From the NCBI RefSeq assembly GCF_037042905.1, contig NC_087245.1, positions 36,892,001 through 36,956,000 of the forward strand: 64,000 nt of DNA, in the 5' to 3' direction. The notes beneath the pieces were generated by a model. The model did no database searches. It had not been told where the DNA came from and saw only the letters and a list, made by a program, of their open reading frames with translations. Shown here one piece after another: positions 25,401 to 36,020 of the stretch (position 1 is its first letter; each line of letters begins with the position of its first letter). The position numbers were made by a program, and so were the translations under genes. This DNA is from Lytechinus pictus. Its lineage: Eukaryota.

Positions 25401-26895
25401 TGTGGTAATAATATTATTCATAATGGTTCCCACAAAAGATAAGCCTTCCAGATTACAAAACAAACCAAAGGTCAAAATCTCCATTACATATCTTACATAC
25501 AAGCATATTTTTGTAAGATAAAACTTAACTTGTATAAATATCAAGTTAAAGGAAATCTGTTTAGACACCGTTATCACTGCCGTCCTAAAACTAGTTAACT
25601 GGAAACTACTTAAGTGGAAACTAGTTTAACATGTAATGAGAACGGTCGAAGCGATCTTCCGAACCAGTTCATAAAACCTCCTCGCGATGTAGTTTTTCCA
25701 GATCGCTTTGCGTCATTAAAATGGTTTTAGCATAAGTGAGGACACAACCGTTCTTCCGGAAGCAACATTCGCACATTTTTAGCGCGCTACTCCACACACT
25801 ACGTGTAGAATGCCTACGCTGCGGTTCCAAATTTCGCGCGAAACGAGTCAGCCCACTGAGAGCTTTCCCATAGCAACAAGGTCGCTTTACGTGAAGTGAT
25901 TTTCAAAACCACTTTCGGGTGATCAAGTGGGAATGCTAGCAAAGCGATCTTCCAAACTGGTGTCCTGAACCGAATTCCAGTAAACTAGTTTTAGAAAGTG
26001 TAATGAGAACGGGGTCAGAGTTTGACTTACATGTGAGGTGGCGCTGCTCTGAAATCCTGAATCCATACCATAGCCATGATGCTGCCATTCCATGGTATTC
26101 TGCATGGGGTCTTGCTTTGGCAGGTCTTGAAGCCCTGGACCGCCATACCCTTTCTGTTGTGGGTTCACAGGCTGTTGTTGGTTAGAGTACTGCAATAACA
26201 AAAACAACAAAGAAAAAAACCCATAAAATTACAAATATATGCAGATAAATTCCTGGGGAAAAAAAAGAGGAAGTCCCACATACTTATCTTATCACTATGT
26301 AACTACAGGTATAGTTGATTTAAGGACTGGAACCTAAGGAAATTTAATTCTGAAATTGGTTTAATTTGAATTCCAAAGTCTTTTGAAGATGTCTGATCCA
26401 CCTATCAATAAACCGACTGGCGAACATATGGGGGGAGGGCGTTGGAAGGCCATGGACCCACAAAATTTTCACAACCAAGAAAAACAAGAGAACAAAACGA
26501 AAGAAAAGGGGGGAAAAAGGGTGAAATATGATACTAGTTTGCAAAGAGTATGTCAAAATCTATAACAACATTTTATTTTTGTATCCAAGGCTGTATCAAA
26601 AGGTCAACAATTCTATACGCTAGTAGCTTTTTAAGAAATTACTGCCCCATACTTTTGCTCATTATGCTACTGAATGAACCCATCAATGGCTAAAACCAGG
26701 AAGGGTGAGATAAAAAGCATCACTGCATTGGTTCATAGGTCACATCACAATCAAGGGATGTGCCCTTCCACATATTCATTCCTGTACCACACACTCAATT
26801 ATATCAAGTGCACATGGGCTTTTTTTCAGAATATCTTCTTGTGAAACCACCCTCCTTGCAAATAAGTGATTCTCTCTTACCCTTGCCTGCTCCAT
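7315..26895 (-). CDS. CTNNB1: Beta-catenin (armadillo), complete spliced CDS, 16 coding exons, 821 aa
   Basis: All exons have GT-AG boundaries with matching phases and lengths sum to 2466 nt. Contains the DSGxxS degron, armadillo repeats ([39 protein letters not shown]), the KKRISVEL site and a C-terminal DTDL*. Confidence 0.97.
8085..8232 (-). CDS. CTNNB1: Beta-catenin coding exon 15
   Basis: [13 protein letters not shown]...[15 protein letters not shown] acceptor, GTAAGT donor; 148 nt, phases fit both neighbours. Confidence 0.9.
8547..9010. mobile_element. TIR element with a nested hairpin MITE (8764-8906, CAG TSD); related to 25566-26015
   Basis: ACCCAATTCTCATCTACTTTCTTAAACT ... AGTTCAAGAAAGTTGATGGGAATGGGGT imperfect TIR. 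Confidence 0.7.
9031..9490. mobile_element. Non-autonomous DNA transposon with 6-bp TSD
   Basis: TIR CAGAGCTGCCAAGT / ACTTGGCAGCTCTG; CTTTAG duplicated at 9025-9030 and 9491-9496. Confidence 0.9.
9520..9641 (-). CDS. CTNNB1: Beta-catenin coding exon 14
   Basis: [27 protein letters not shown]...VPWGD; 122 nt. Confidence 0.97.
10054..10441. mobile_element. Foldback-like element with many inverted sub-repeats, inserted into a duplicated intron segment
   Basis: TGGTCTA/TAGACCA, CCAACTCGT/ACGAGTTGG motifs; interrupts the second copy of the 9654-10010 segment. Confidence 0.7.
11216..11607. mobile_element. Tc1/mariner-like MITE with nested TIR element (about 11350-11589)
   Basis: TACAATCAAACCTTTCTA ... 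TAGACAGGTTTAACTTA ends; nested GGCCCAGTCACATCG...CGATGCGACAGAGCC. Confidence 0.65.
11630..11780 (-). CDS. CTNNB1: Beta-catenin coding exon 13
   Basis: [20 protein letters not shown]...[13 protein letters not shown]; 151 nt. Confidence 0.97.
12274..12487 (+). mobile_element. tRNA-derived SINE; degenerate relative at about 24283-24520
   Basis: A-box GGCTCACTGGTAGAGC, B-box GGGTTCCATCCC, non-tRNA body, AT-rich tail. Confidence 0.75.
12523..12687 (-). CDS. CTNNB1: Beta-catenin coding exon 12
   Basis: RSSMGS...[21 protein letters not shown]...CIPLFVQ; 165 nt. Confidence 0.97.
12928..13130 (+). mobile_element. tRNA-derived SINE
   Basis: TGGCTCAGTTGGTAGAGC A-box, AGTTCACGCCCC degenerate B-box, followed by a SINE body. 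Confidence 0.75.
13271..13393 (-). CDS. CTNNB1: Beta-catenin coding exon 11
   Basis: [24 protein letters not shown]...RAHQDTQR; 123 nt. Confidence 0.97.
13483..13634. mobile_element. Hairpin MITE; second copy at 36928-37104
   Basis: GTTTCGTAAAGCTGTTCGTAAG ... CTTACGAACAGCTTTATGAAAC; CWG flanks. Confidence 0.85.
14089..14220 (-). CDS. CTNNB1: Beta-catenin coding exon 10
   Basis: [11 protein letters not shown]...[13 protein letters not shown]; 132 nt. Confidence 0.97.
14662..14793. mobile_element. Hairpin MITE; related to 53420-53577
   Basis: GGCCCTGTTGCATAA ... TTATGCAAAATGGTCC. Confidence 0.65.
14906..15112 (-). CDS. CTNNB1: Beta-catenin coding exon 9
   Basis: [14 protein letters not shown]...[10 protein letters not shown]...[11 protein letters not shown]; 207 nt. 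Confidence 0.97.
15210..15374. repeat. (TTCA)n microsatellite ending in a short inverted (TGAA)n
   Basis: Directly visible. Confidence 0.95.
15732..15942. mobile_element. Hairpin MITE with CAG TSD
   Basis: About 48-bp near-perfect inverted arms; CAG at 15729-15731 and 15943-15945. Confidence 0.9.
16146..16249 (-). CDS. CTNNB1: Beta-catenin coding exon 8
   Basis: GMSALGLHL...[15 protein letters not shown]; 104 nt. Confidence 0.97.
16861..17005 (-). CDS. CTNNB1: Beta-catenin coding exon 7
   Basis: LIILASGGP...[18 protein letters not shown]...KPAIVEA; 145 nt. Confidence 0.97.
17070..17194. repeat. Palindrome with about 43-bp arms and a G/C-rich loop
   Basis: AAATAACTGATAAAGAATCACCCC..CACTGGCTGATCA / TGATCAGCCAGTG..GGGGTGATTCTTTATCAGTTATTT. 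Confidence 0.9.
20281..20482 (-). CDS. CTNNB1: Beta-catenin coding exon 6
   Basis: [38 protein letters not shown]...AYGNQESK; 202 nt. Confidence 0.97.
21003..21241 (-). CDS. CTNNB1: Beta-catenin coding exon 5
   Basis: [24 protein letters not shown]...[10 protein letters not shown]; 239 nt. Confidence 0.97.
21923..22633. mobile_element. Truncated piggyBac-like non-autonomous element
   Basis: Right end AGGGTTAA, GATTCAACCCCCC repeats, CpG-rich ends. Confidence 0.55.
22776..23029 (-). CDS. CTNNB1: Beta-catenin coding exon 4
   Basis: [21 protein letters not shown]...[16 protein letters not shown]; 254 nt. Confidence 0.97.
23639..23756 (-). CDS. CTNNB1: Beta-catenin coding exon 3
   Basis: APSVSSK...YTQEQVD; CAG acceptor, GTGAGT donor; 118 nt. 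Confidence 0.95.
24576..25173. mobile_element. Kolobok-like TTAA MITE; inverted copy at 61092-61695, degenerate relative at about 17282-17769
   Basis: TTAA|AGGACAA...TTGACCT ends, long imperfect TIRs (TTTCATCAAAATCGGATG/CATCCGATTTT). Confidence 0.8.
25566..26015. mobile_element. TIR element ending about 15 bp from the donor of the degron exon
   Basis: CCGTTATCAC..TAAAACTAGTT / AACTAGTTTTA..TAATGAGAACGG; internal similarity to 8547-9010. Confidence 0.7.
26031..26189 (-). CDS. CTNNB1: Beta-catenin coding exon 2 (contains DSGFQS degron)
   Basis: YSNQQQP...[18 protein letters not shown] acceptor, GTAAGT donor; 159 nt. Confidence 0.95.
26881..26895 (-). CDS. CTNNB1: Beta-catenin coding exon 1 (MEQAR); whole exon with 5' UTR is 26881-26934
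   Basis: TTTCAG acceptor at 26935, Kozak-like ACCATGG, AGG|GTAAGA donor; phase 0 fits the next exon. Confidence 0.8.
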
Positions 26896-29071
26896 GGTGT
26901 ATAACTTTCTCCTTCAATCTCCGTCAACGAAACTCTGAAAGTAATAAAAAACACAAAGATAATAAGGAAATGATCAAAGTATATACATGTATGCAGACGG
27001 AAAATCAGCACGTACAGTAGGCCTATATGATCTGTACATGTACATTATGAATGAAATAAGTTTCTTTTTGAAAAAAATGGGAGCAAAAACAAACCACTAA
27101 TTATCAGAGATGCCACTAAACATTGGTAATACTGGAAATCACCCAAATGTGTTTTCTATGGCTGAAAATGCACTGAAAAGTCTGAAATCAGACTAGTATA
27201 GTCAGAAAAGTGGCATCCCTTAGCAGCAGTCTTTCAGAGTTTTTTTTTAAACATGTAAGATGCTTTTGGTACAATGTACAAGTACAGGTACAACATACAA
27301 TTAAAATGAATAAAGTTACTAACATGGTTACAGTACAGCATTGAAGAAAAGGAATGCTTGAGTCAGTATCAGAGGTGAATTTTAATTGATGGATACATAC
27401 AACGTGCACAAAGCCTGTATAAAGTACGCCCTACAGCTTACACAATATCATGTGCAAAGAAAAGAAAACAGTCATGTGTGCACTATCATCAGTGTTTGTA
27501 AATGTCCAGTGTGTACACAAGCTATAAAGGGCTTCTCAATACTCCCCATGAGAACAACAAAATAGGCTCAGATCTTCTATGAAAGGTACAAACCACTGAA
27601 TGCCTATATTGTGAGCCTTTCAATGTAGCCCTCCTATTGTTCAGATGACTCACACTGCATATCTCAAGACATAAAGTACACACTACCATGGCTTATCTAT
27701 TCTCCACCCATAGTCCGTATTGCTGCGCATGCATAAGGTATGTAATGTATGTACAGAGTACATGTAAATGTACATGAGTACAGTCAAACCTCAGCAAAAT
27801 GATCTTCCTACATGTACATGTCATTTGGAGATGTGCTAATGTATGCACTCATTCAACCACACAATGTCCCTATTCTGTTAAATACAAATCAGAGTTAATG
27901 AGGCAAGAGCTGACATACATGTATGGTCATTGTACCACTCAAAGGGTTACCATACTTGTAGTTCACTTAGAGCAAATATCGGCAATCAAAATTCAGATAT
28001 TCATATAATAAAGTTCTGACTTTTTACTGCTTTGATCGCAAGTATTACATTTTTGTCTCACATCTGCTGTGCAGGCAAGACACAAATTATTGGAGTACAC
28101 TACAGGTACGTAGTAAGGAGGAGGCCAACATGTAAACCTACAAGTATGCTGTGTACATGTACATGAGTCATTCACATTGCATCATTTATGGATGATAAAA
28201 ACATTTAACAAAGAGATTATCATAGGCACAAGAAATGTATTTGTCAAATGAAGCTACATGTAGGTGTAGCCTAGGCCTATGCACATAACATTGTAAATGT
28301 AAACTATTACAGAAAATGGCAAAATTTTCAAAGAAGATCTACATTTACCAATTTCTGAAAGCATCTAATAACCATTTTAATTTGATTTTTTTTTGTATAT
28401 ACCGGTAAGCAAACTTTATATTCTGAGATGAATCAGGCTTGAATGAAAATACTGGACAAGTTTGTACTTCCCATTTTTCCAGTATGCCAGTGAATAATGG
28501 ACTCAGGGTTTTTATTTTTATTTCTTTTCATGGATGAGATATTCTAACGATTGACAGACAGTGGCATGAACTTTTGACATTTGCATAGGAAAACAATGTG
28601 TAAATTCACAGAGGTGGATGAATATGCTAAACAAATCAAAAGTGTATTCTACTACGACATTATGTTCAGTAGTAAATATTTCATTGGGGGATGGTAGATA
28701 GTGACTCGTGGAGATTTTTAAAAAAATGATTGCAATTACTATGCTTGTAAGTAAACAACCAGAGGACAAATTATGGCTTACAAGTAAACAACCAGAGGAC
28801 AACTTATGGCTTACATGTAAAGGAGAATGACAGCCCCAAAATAAATCAAACTTGCATGAAAATAGACAAAGTTTTGAGCATTTGAATGTTTAAATCACAG
28901 ATGCTATGTATGGGGATGCTCCCATTGTCGATGTGACCAAGATTTGTGATGTCACTGAAGTACATCTCTCCCCTTTGTACACTGAAATATACCTCAAAAT
29001 ATTGGTCCGTGACAGATTTCATGAAAATTACCCTCTATTTCAAGTCCTCCACTGAAAAAAAAACACCTCTG

Positions 29072-29223
29072 GGGGGCCCGTCTTACAAAGATTTGTGATT
29101 GATCCGACCAATCGCAACTATGGAAAGCCAGCAAAGTCAACATATAAAATGCATGTTTGTTCAAAAGAGTTCCAAAGAGTTACGATTGATTGGATCAATC
29201 GTAAGTCTTTGTAAGACGGGGCC
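29072..29223. mobile_element. Hairpin MITE with CTG TSD
   Basis: CCCGTCTTACAAAGA..GATTGATCC / GGATCAATC..TCTTTGTAAGACGGG. Confidence 0.85.
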
Positions 29224-30322
29224 CTGGTCTCTGGATAGACTTGATAAATGTGACAATATAAGTAAAATATGTAGAAAAGTAATTTGGGAGTTGTCCAAGT
29301 AGGACATTTCATATTTTTGGTCGCATTGCCAATGGGAATATGTCTAAATCATTATTAAATTAGTGATCTCAACATACATGTAAAATGTTCATAACTTTCT
29401 TGTTCTTCTCCGAACCACAAGATTTTACCCAAGTTTTGCCATAATATAATGTTACCATGCCAACACATTGGAACACAATTTCGGAAACAAGTGAAAAGGG
29501 GAGTTTCGCACATCTTTACCCCAAGACCTACATGTAAGTGTGTTCCAAATTTCATGAGAATTGGTTAAAAACTAAATTAGGAATTCAAACGGAAATATTT
29601 GCAATGAACCGATAGAACACTAATTAGCCTATACCCCCTTCAAACTTTTTTTGGCAGGGTGTGTATGTACAGGTCATATGATTTCCATGTTGTTAATGAA
29701 GTCATATTTGCCTCTGTACACAATGTACATGAACTCTTAAACATGTTATGTAGCTGTATATTTGGTCTGCGAACCAATCAATACAGACAGACATGCATTA
29801 ATGAAATGCTGGCGTCATTAATTAGACCTGTCATCTGGCACATTACAGGCTCATGACAGACTACTCCCCTGTCCATGCTAATTATGTGACAGAGATACAA
29901 ATAGTCTCATCAATCACGCTCTTAAATATAACCTGATGAATCTTCACCACATATAACTATCAAGGATGGTACTTAGGCATACATGTACTGCATGCCCCAC
30001 ACGTATTGTGTAATTTGATCTGTTCAATTGTTCATCATAATTACTGTGATGACAATTTGAGCAATGATTGGCAGTCTGGGGAGATTTCATGAAAACAAAT
30101 AGTGATTTTCACTGTATATTATTGTAAGCTACTGCAATCCTTGTATCTGTTTGGCTCAGAGCAAAATTGTCAGTGAAGATCGACAAATTCCATGTACATG
30201 TAACACTACACATGATACAACTGTATTGGGTAATACATTGCCATTTCAGTTGTTTATATGACTATGGAGGGCCTACATCTTAGGCCTACAATGTACATCA
30301 CTAATTGAAGCAATGGCTTTAA

Positions 30323-31056
30323 CCCTCTAGCACCTACAGATTCCTATGCATAATGGCAATTACTCACTGGAGGAAACAATAAAACTGGTAATAAGTAGGC
30401 ATTGTTCCAAACAAATTGAAATATTTTTTTATAAATTTACTTTTGTTCATTACAAGTTATATTTATTTTTTAGCATAGGACCTGTTGAATAGAATGGTAC
30501 ATGGCAAAGTTCAATCAGATATACGAATATTGACCTTTGGCAATCGTTTGCAGAGCGAGAAGAAAAAAAAAACAAAAGTTCGGGTTTCAGCCGCCCCAGT
30601 CCCACGCCTTCAAAAAAATGTAAAGTATCACTGACAGAATACTAAAGTTTTCGCCAGATCTTGAATCAAATATGTCAAATATTAATTCCAACACACATCT
30701 AGATGTCACTCTGTGTGATATCCAACGTTTTGATGAACATATAGCAAGGCCCGAGCTTCTTCGGCGAAGTAAGTGGTTTTCCGAGACATGGACGCAGCCA
30801 TCTTTGCTGATATCGACTGCGCAACAGTCTGGAACTTGCTACACACCGATGCATGTCAATCGGTTTTTCTCTATTATACTCAATAGGAGCATACACTTTT
30901 CTATGCAGATCTATGTAGCAGCCAACCTATACGATATGCACACGCAATATTACCACGGTAAATCATAGACAAGAGATACTATAGCGCAAAGAAAACGTAC
31001 GGGCGGTTCAGTGTGTAATAGGAAGGGCGGTCTCGGGCGGTTCAGGTGCTAAAGGG
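30323..31056. mobile_element. piggyBac-like MITE
   Basis: TTAA|CCCTCTAGCACCT ... AGGTGCTAAAGGG|TTAA; subterminal GGGCGGT repeats. Confidence 0.85.
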
Positions 31057-31286
31057 TTAAAAAGAAAAAAAAATGTATTGCAAAGAGGCTATTGTGTAAT
31101 ATACAGGTGTTCATGCATTGAGTACATGTACATGTAGGCCTACTGTACATGTATATGATGAAATGCAACATGTAAGAAGAAACCTGAAATATACACATGT
31201 TAACACTCTACATGTGTTTACATATGTAGGACATGCACAGATATTGTTCACCTAGTAATACATGTAGTACGTTACATGTCACTCAG

Positions 31287-31423
31287 GGGAGCGTTTCATG
31301 AAAATGTTTTGTCCGACAAGTCCTGTTTTATCCGACAGTTACAGTGCCTCTCATCCAATCAAAATCAAGGAAAGTTGTCAGATCTGACAACTTGTCAGAC
31401 AAAAATGTTGATGAAATGCTCTC
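31287..31423. mobile_element. Hairpin MITE, CWG flanks
   Basis: GGAGCGTTTCAT..TTGTCCGACAAG / CTTGTCAGACAA..ATGAAATGCTCT. Confidence 0.8.
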
Positions 31424-32128
31424 CTGGTCTACAAGTTTTGATACAGATTTACCTGTACAAGTACACATTAATTTTATCCTATATGTACATGCAACACTGC
31501 AAAATCCAATGGGCTTCAAGCGGTAGACTACATGGGCAAGCATGACATCTTACAGGCAGTCTGGGCTAGGATTTGATTGACATTGCCATGGTGCAATGGA
31601 ATGTGAAAGTCAGGGCACTGGGGTGTAACTGTTCAGAAGCTTTTCTCCAATGGCACCACACCAGTTGACATGAATGTCACAAGAGTGAAGAGATCAGTGG
31701 GCCTACATGTTCAGCTCAATCACGATTCCACTTTCAGAATAAATGCTTGGCCTAGAATTAAGCACTAGTAGCACATGTATTGACAATAATTCAGAATAAA
31801 TAAAACAATATGGCATCCCCCCTGGAAAATACATAATAATAAATATATAAAATGAAAATATGAATTACAAAGTACATGTACATGTAGTTTAAATAAAAAT
31901 TAAAGTAAGAATTTCAAAGAGAGTCAATCTCCTTCCCAGCTGTAAAAAGAAACTAGACATTCATAAGAAACTGATTAAAATCCACAGTAATGCGTGCTGG
32001 TGTACTGATGTACAACCCATTTTAGCATATTCCACACAGACAAAGATGGAAGTTTGATTGAAACAGACTACATGTACATGTCACTGTCTGGGCAAGTACT
32101 AGTGATCATCTGAGAAAATTTGACAGGA

Positions 32129-32604
32129 GGTGGTTTCAAACCGCCTCGATCACAAGAATCCCCGTTAAATTACGAGAACTTTTTTAGGCTGAAAAATACC
32201 CATTAATTATTCCTGCATTCACACCGCCCTGAAACATACCCTTCGGGATAAGTTCCTGAAGTTACGAGCATGCGCAGTATGGTCTGATAAGCAGCAAGGC
32301 GCGAAATTCAAAATCACTAGCCCAGGAGCAACCCATGCACGGCGCCGCACCCAACGACACGCTGGGCTAAAAGTTCCCGTAATTTGCTTTCAGACCGCCA
32401 AAATACCCACGACCTTGGAAAAATCCCCGCGAAAGTTCTCGTAATTTCGCCAAGTACCTACTATTTATCGGGTATTTTCTTTCGGGGATATTACGCGTAG
32501 TTTGCTTTCACACCGCCAAAATACCTGGTATTTTCTGATCGGGGTAAATTTCCCGATCAGAGAATACCTGGAACTGGCGAACTTCGAGGCGGTCTGAAAC
32601 CACC
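32129..32604. mobile_element. CpG-rich TIR element (Harbinger-like)
   Basis: GGTGGTTTCAAACCGCCTCGA / TCGAGGCGGTCTGAAACCACC; internal TTCACACCGCC repeats. Confidence 0.8.
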
Positions 32605-35499
32605 CAGGGTCATCTTACTCACATACTAGATATTCCATGCTGACGTTTGGCTTGAACTTCTCACCCACAATGCTTACAGTACTTCGTTATCACTGTCTCT
32701 TATTTTGAAATGTAAGCCACAAATGTTTCTCATCTTTTTAGCATTGTGTTTTTCATGCGCATACATGTACATGTATACATGTAGGGGGGGGGGGCATCAA
32801 TTTCACTTCAACATTAAAGAAACAAAAAAGGAATATAATAGCCTAAAGGCTAAATACCTCTCATTTTGTGTATTTCATTTACATGTAGGCTTAATCATAT
32901 TTTAAACATTTTTTTTCATGCAAATCTAAACCAGGAAAATATTGAAATTTGCATCTGTTGTTCTTATTAGGGCCAATGCTATAGGCCTACATGTACTTGT
33001 TGCCACTAACCACTCATGATGAATTTCATTTGATACTGTAGGCCTACAAGCAACATGTATGTATGTGAATACATGTAAGCCTCATGTACATCACATTTTT
33101 GTTGAAGACAATTAGACCTCCATCTACATGTTAATAGATAGGGACAGAGATTTACCGCGATCGCGGAAAACGAACCAAATTCACGGAAAAGACCTTTTCA
33201 AACAAAAAGTGGCTTTTCAAATGGAAAATCATGGAAAACATATTTTTTCTCAAAATGCACAGAACAGTGCAAATAAATTACTCCAAAATCTCAACACAAT
33301 ATGAATATTAACTGGCCACAAAACCCCATAAAATTGAAAACGATCTCACTTCGCTACAATCACCACAATCCACACATCGTGACTGTTTTCGACTCCAACG
33401 TATACCCCTCGCCCCAGCCCCCGCCGGACGGCCTGGGCCGTATCGAAAACATTCACATAAATGCGCACATTGTTTGATTATAACCAACATATACATGTAG
33501 AAGGCAGCAATACGGCTGTATGTTGCTGCTCTCTAAGTTCGGTAACAGAACAATATCTCTTGAAATCCAAAATGGCTTTTAGGCGAAAATCATTGACTGC
33601 TCAAAACGATGTCAAAAAAAATCCCCAAATTATATATTAATAAAATTTAATTCAACTGCAAAATAATGCTAATAATGTGAAAGGTAATGTTAAATGTGTT
33701 TGTCAAAATATTTTGTGCACCTGTATAGGTATGATAAGATTCTAATGCGTTAGTACAGTGGCAGATACAAATTTTGACCAGCACGAGTGTTGTGACATCG
33801 CTACTCAATGCGTATTGACGTTCTATGTAAATGGAATTATCACTTTTTCATGTATACAAAGTCTATGGGGGAACAGCATTTCCGTTTTCAAACATGCTGA
33901 AAGAAACGGAATGTAAGAATTTCTGAAACGAACAAGGCCATTTTTGAAACGGAAAATCACTGACCCTACATGTACATGTAGGCCTAGATAAAAACAAATG
34001 ACATAAAATTGAATCACACTGCCATTTAAAAATTCAATGCATAACTGCATCATAGGCCTACATTTTTTTATGCATCTCTATTAGTAAGAGCAAACAGTCA
34101 ATCCTGCATGTACTCTGATATGTATATTGCATGATCATGAATCCATTAAACAAATATATCGGGCTTTGAGAAAGTATAGTGGAATTATTTATCCGAGGTT
34201 GGTCTGGCAATTACTATTTTTTCCCGAGGGGCGAAGCCCCGAGGGAAATATAGTAGTTTTGCCAGTCCAACCGAGGATTAATATTCCCACTATGCTTTCG
34301 AATGAAACGCCTGATATATTTGCTTTATATCCTACTTTTAATAATTTATAACCAAAATCTATGCGCTGAGCATGCAAAGTCCTGTTGAATTACCTACTTT
34401 TTTCCGAGCCACCGCGCCCAGCGGAACGCAGATTAGTGTCTGCGCTGACGCATCGCGCTGGACTTGCGCGCCCGGGAGAGAGAGAGCGCGCAAGCCGGTG
34501 CGCCGAGATATCCAGTTTTGTGAAATAATGACGTCAGAATATTGGTATATCCAAAAATATATCGAGGTCTGACGTCACGCAACATCATAGTTGAAATATA
34601 TTCGGTCACATGATGCTACTTGAACCAATCACTATACAGGATTTACTCTATGTAGGATATAAATTCATTTGTAACCCACATCAATCTCAGCACTCAGCAT
34701 CATTATGCTCATGCGAAATGCACTTGGAAGTCCTACAGAAACAAACAAAGTGCATCCTCTCCAATTGCCAGTGCAATAGTGCATGTGTGTGAAGGAGGCA
34801 AGGGTGTTGAGATAAACAGCAGGTCCATGTACATACTGTACACCCTCCTATCTCCCATGACACACACTCTGTATTTGGCATTCCACTGGAATGAATACCA
34901 ATGCTATACAAACACACAAAGCCACTGCTACTCCCACACACAGAGAAGCCACAATAAACATAGTCTTCCATTGAATAAATATTCAGACATAAAGTTGTTC
35001 ATTATTTAAGGGCTTCGAGTTTCTACATGTGGACCTACATCTTATAGGTCTCACACTTTATACAGTCACATCCACTGTGCACACTACAGGCCGACCTAAA
35101 TGTAGTTTATTGTATTTTCCCGGTATTCTATATATTCACAAATAAAAATGCAACAAATAACAACAGATGACTGAATAATAGACTACAATTATAAAAACCC
35201 ATTTACTCTGCTTGCTCACCTATTGGGTGCACAGCAAGTCATTTACCCATTTCCATGAAGGAGAAAATCTTCACTCTAGTCTTTGCCTTGTTGTACAAGA
35301 TTACCGGAAGTGCATTCCAATTACATATGACTTATTGTATGCGACAAGAGCAATATGATTCTATCCAGTGTCATATAGTAATTGATACAGAGGACAAACT
35401 TTCCTAATCCTTTAATTCAAAATGTGCCCAATCTGACGATGAAACAAAATAACAAGGTGGTTCACTAGTATCACCCGATTTCGCGATCAATGAAATATG

Positions 35500-36020
35500 C
35501 AATATGATCTTTTGACCCCTAGATGACATTTGAGCTTATCATGCTCATTAGAATGCATGTGGTATTACCCCCCCCCCTATTACCCAATTATTATTTGTAC
35601 CAAGTGTAAACAAAATTGATGCAGAAATAAAGAAAGTTGAACAAAATCTTGAAAATTAAAGGATACACATACATGTACCATTTGACCTTTTGACCACTAG
35701 ATGACCTTTGACCCTCATGATCCCCATCATTCTAATAAGCTCACATGTGGTGTTACCCAAGGTTCATGTGTTATACATATAAGTATGAACATGATTGATG
35801 CATAAATAAAGAAATGAGAGCAAGTTGAACAAACACTTGAAAATACAAGGATAGACATATCATAACGTTTAACCTTTTGACCACTAGATGACCTTTGATT
35901 TTGACCCCCATTTTTCTCATGGGCTCACATGTGGTATTACCCAAGGTTCATACATGCATGTACCAAGTATGAACATGATTGATGCACAAATAAAGAAATG
36001 ACAGCAAGTTGAACAAAAAC
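35500..36020. repeat. Three-copy tandem repeat, period about 180 bp
   Basis: TTTTGACC.CTAGATGAC...ATGTGGT.TTACCC...TTGATGCA.AAATAAAGAAA...GTTGAACAAA at about 35511, 35688 and 35875. Confidence 0.9.

Noticed and set aside
28748..28813. 33-bp tandem duplication
   Set aside because: Ordinary local slippage duplication with no further structure.
35500..36020. CRISPR-like or other prokaryotic array
   Set aside because: Whole units are homologous with no unique spacers, the context is eukaryotic, and there are no cas genes.
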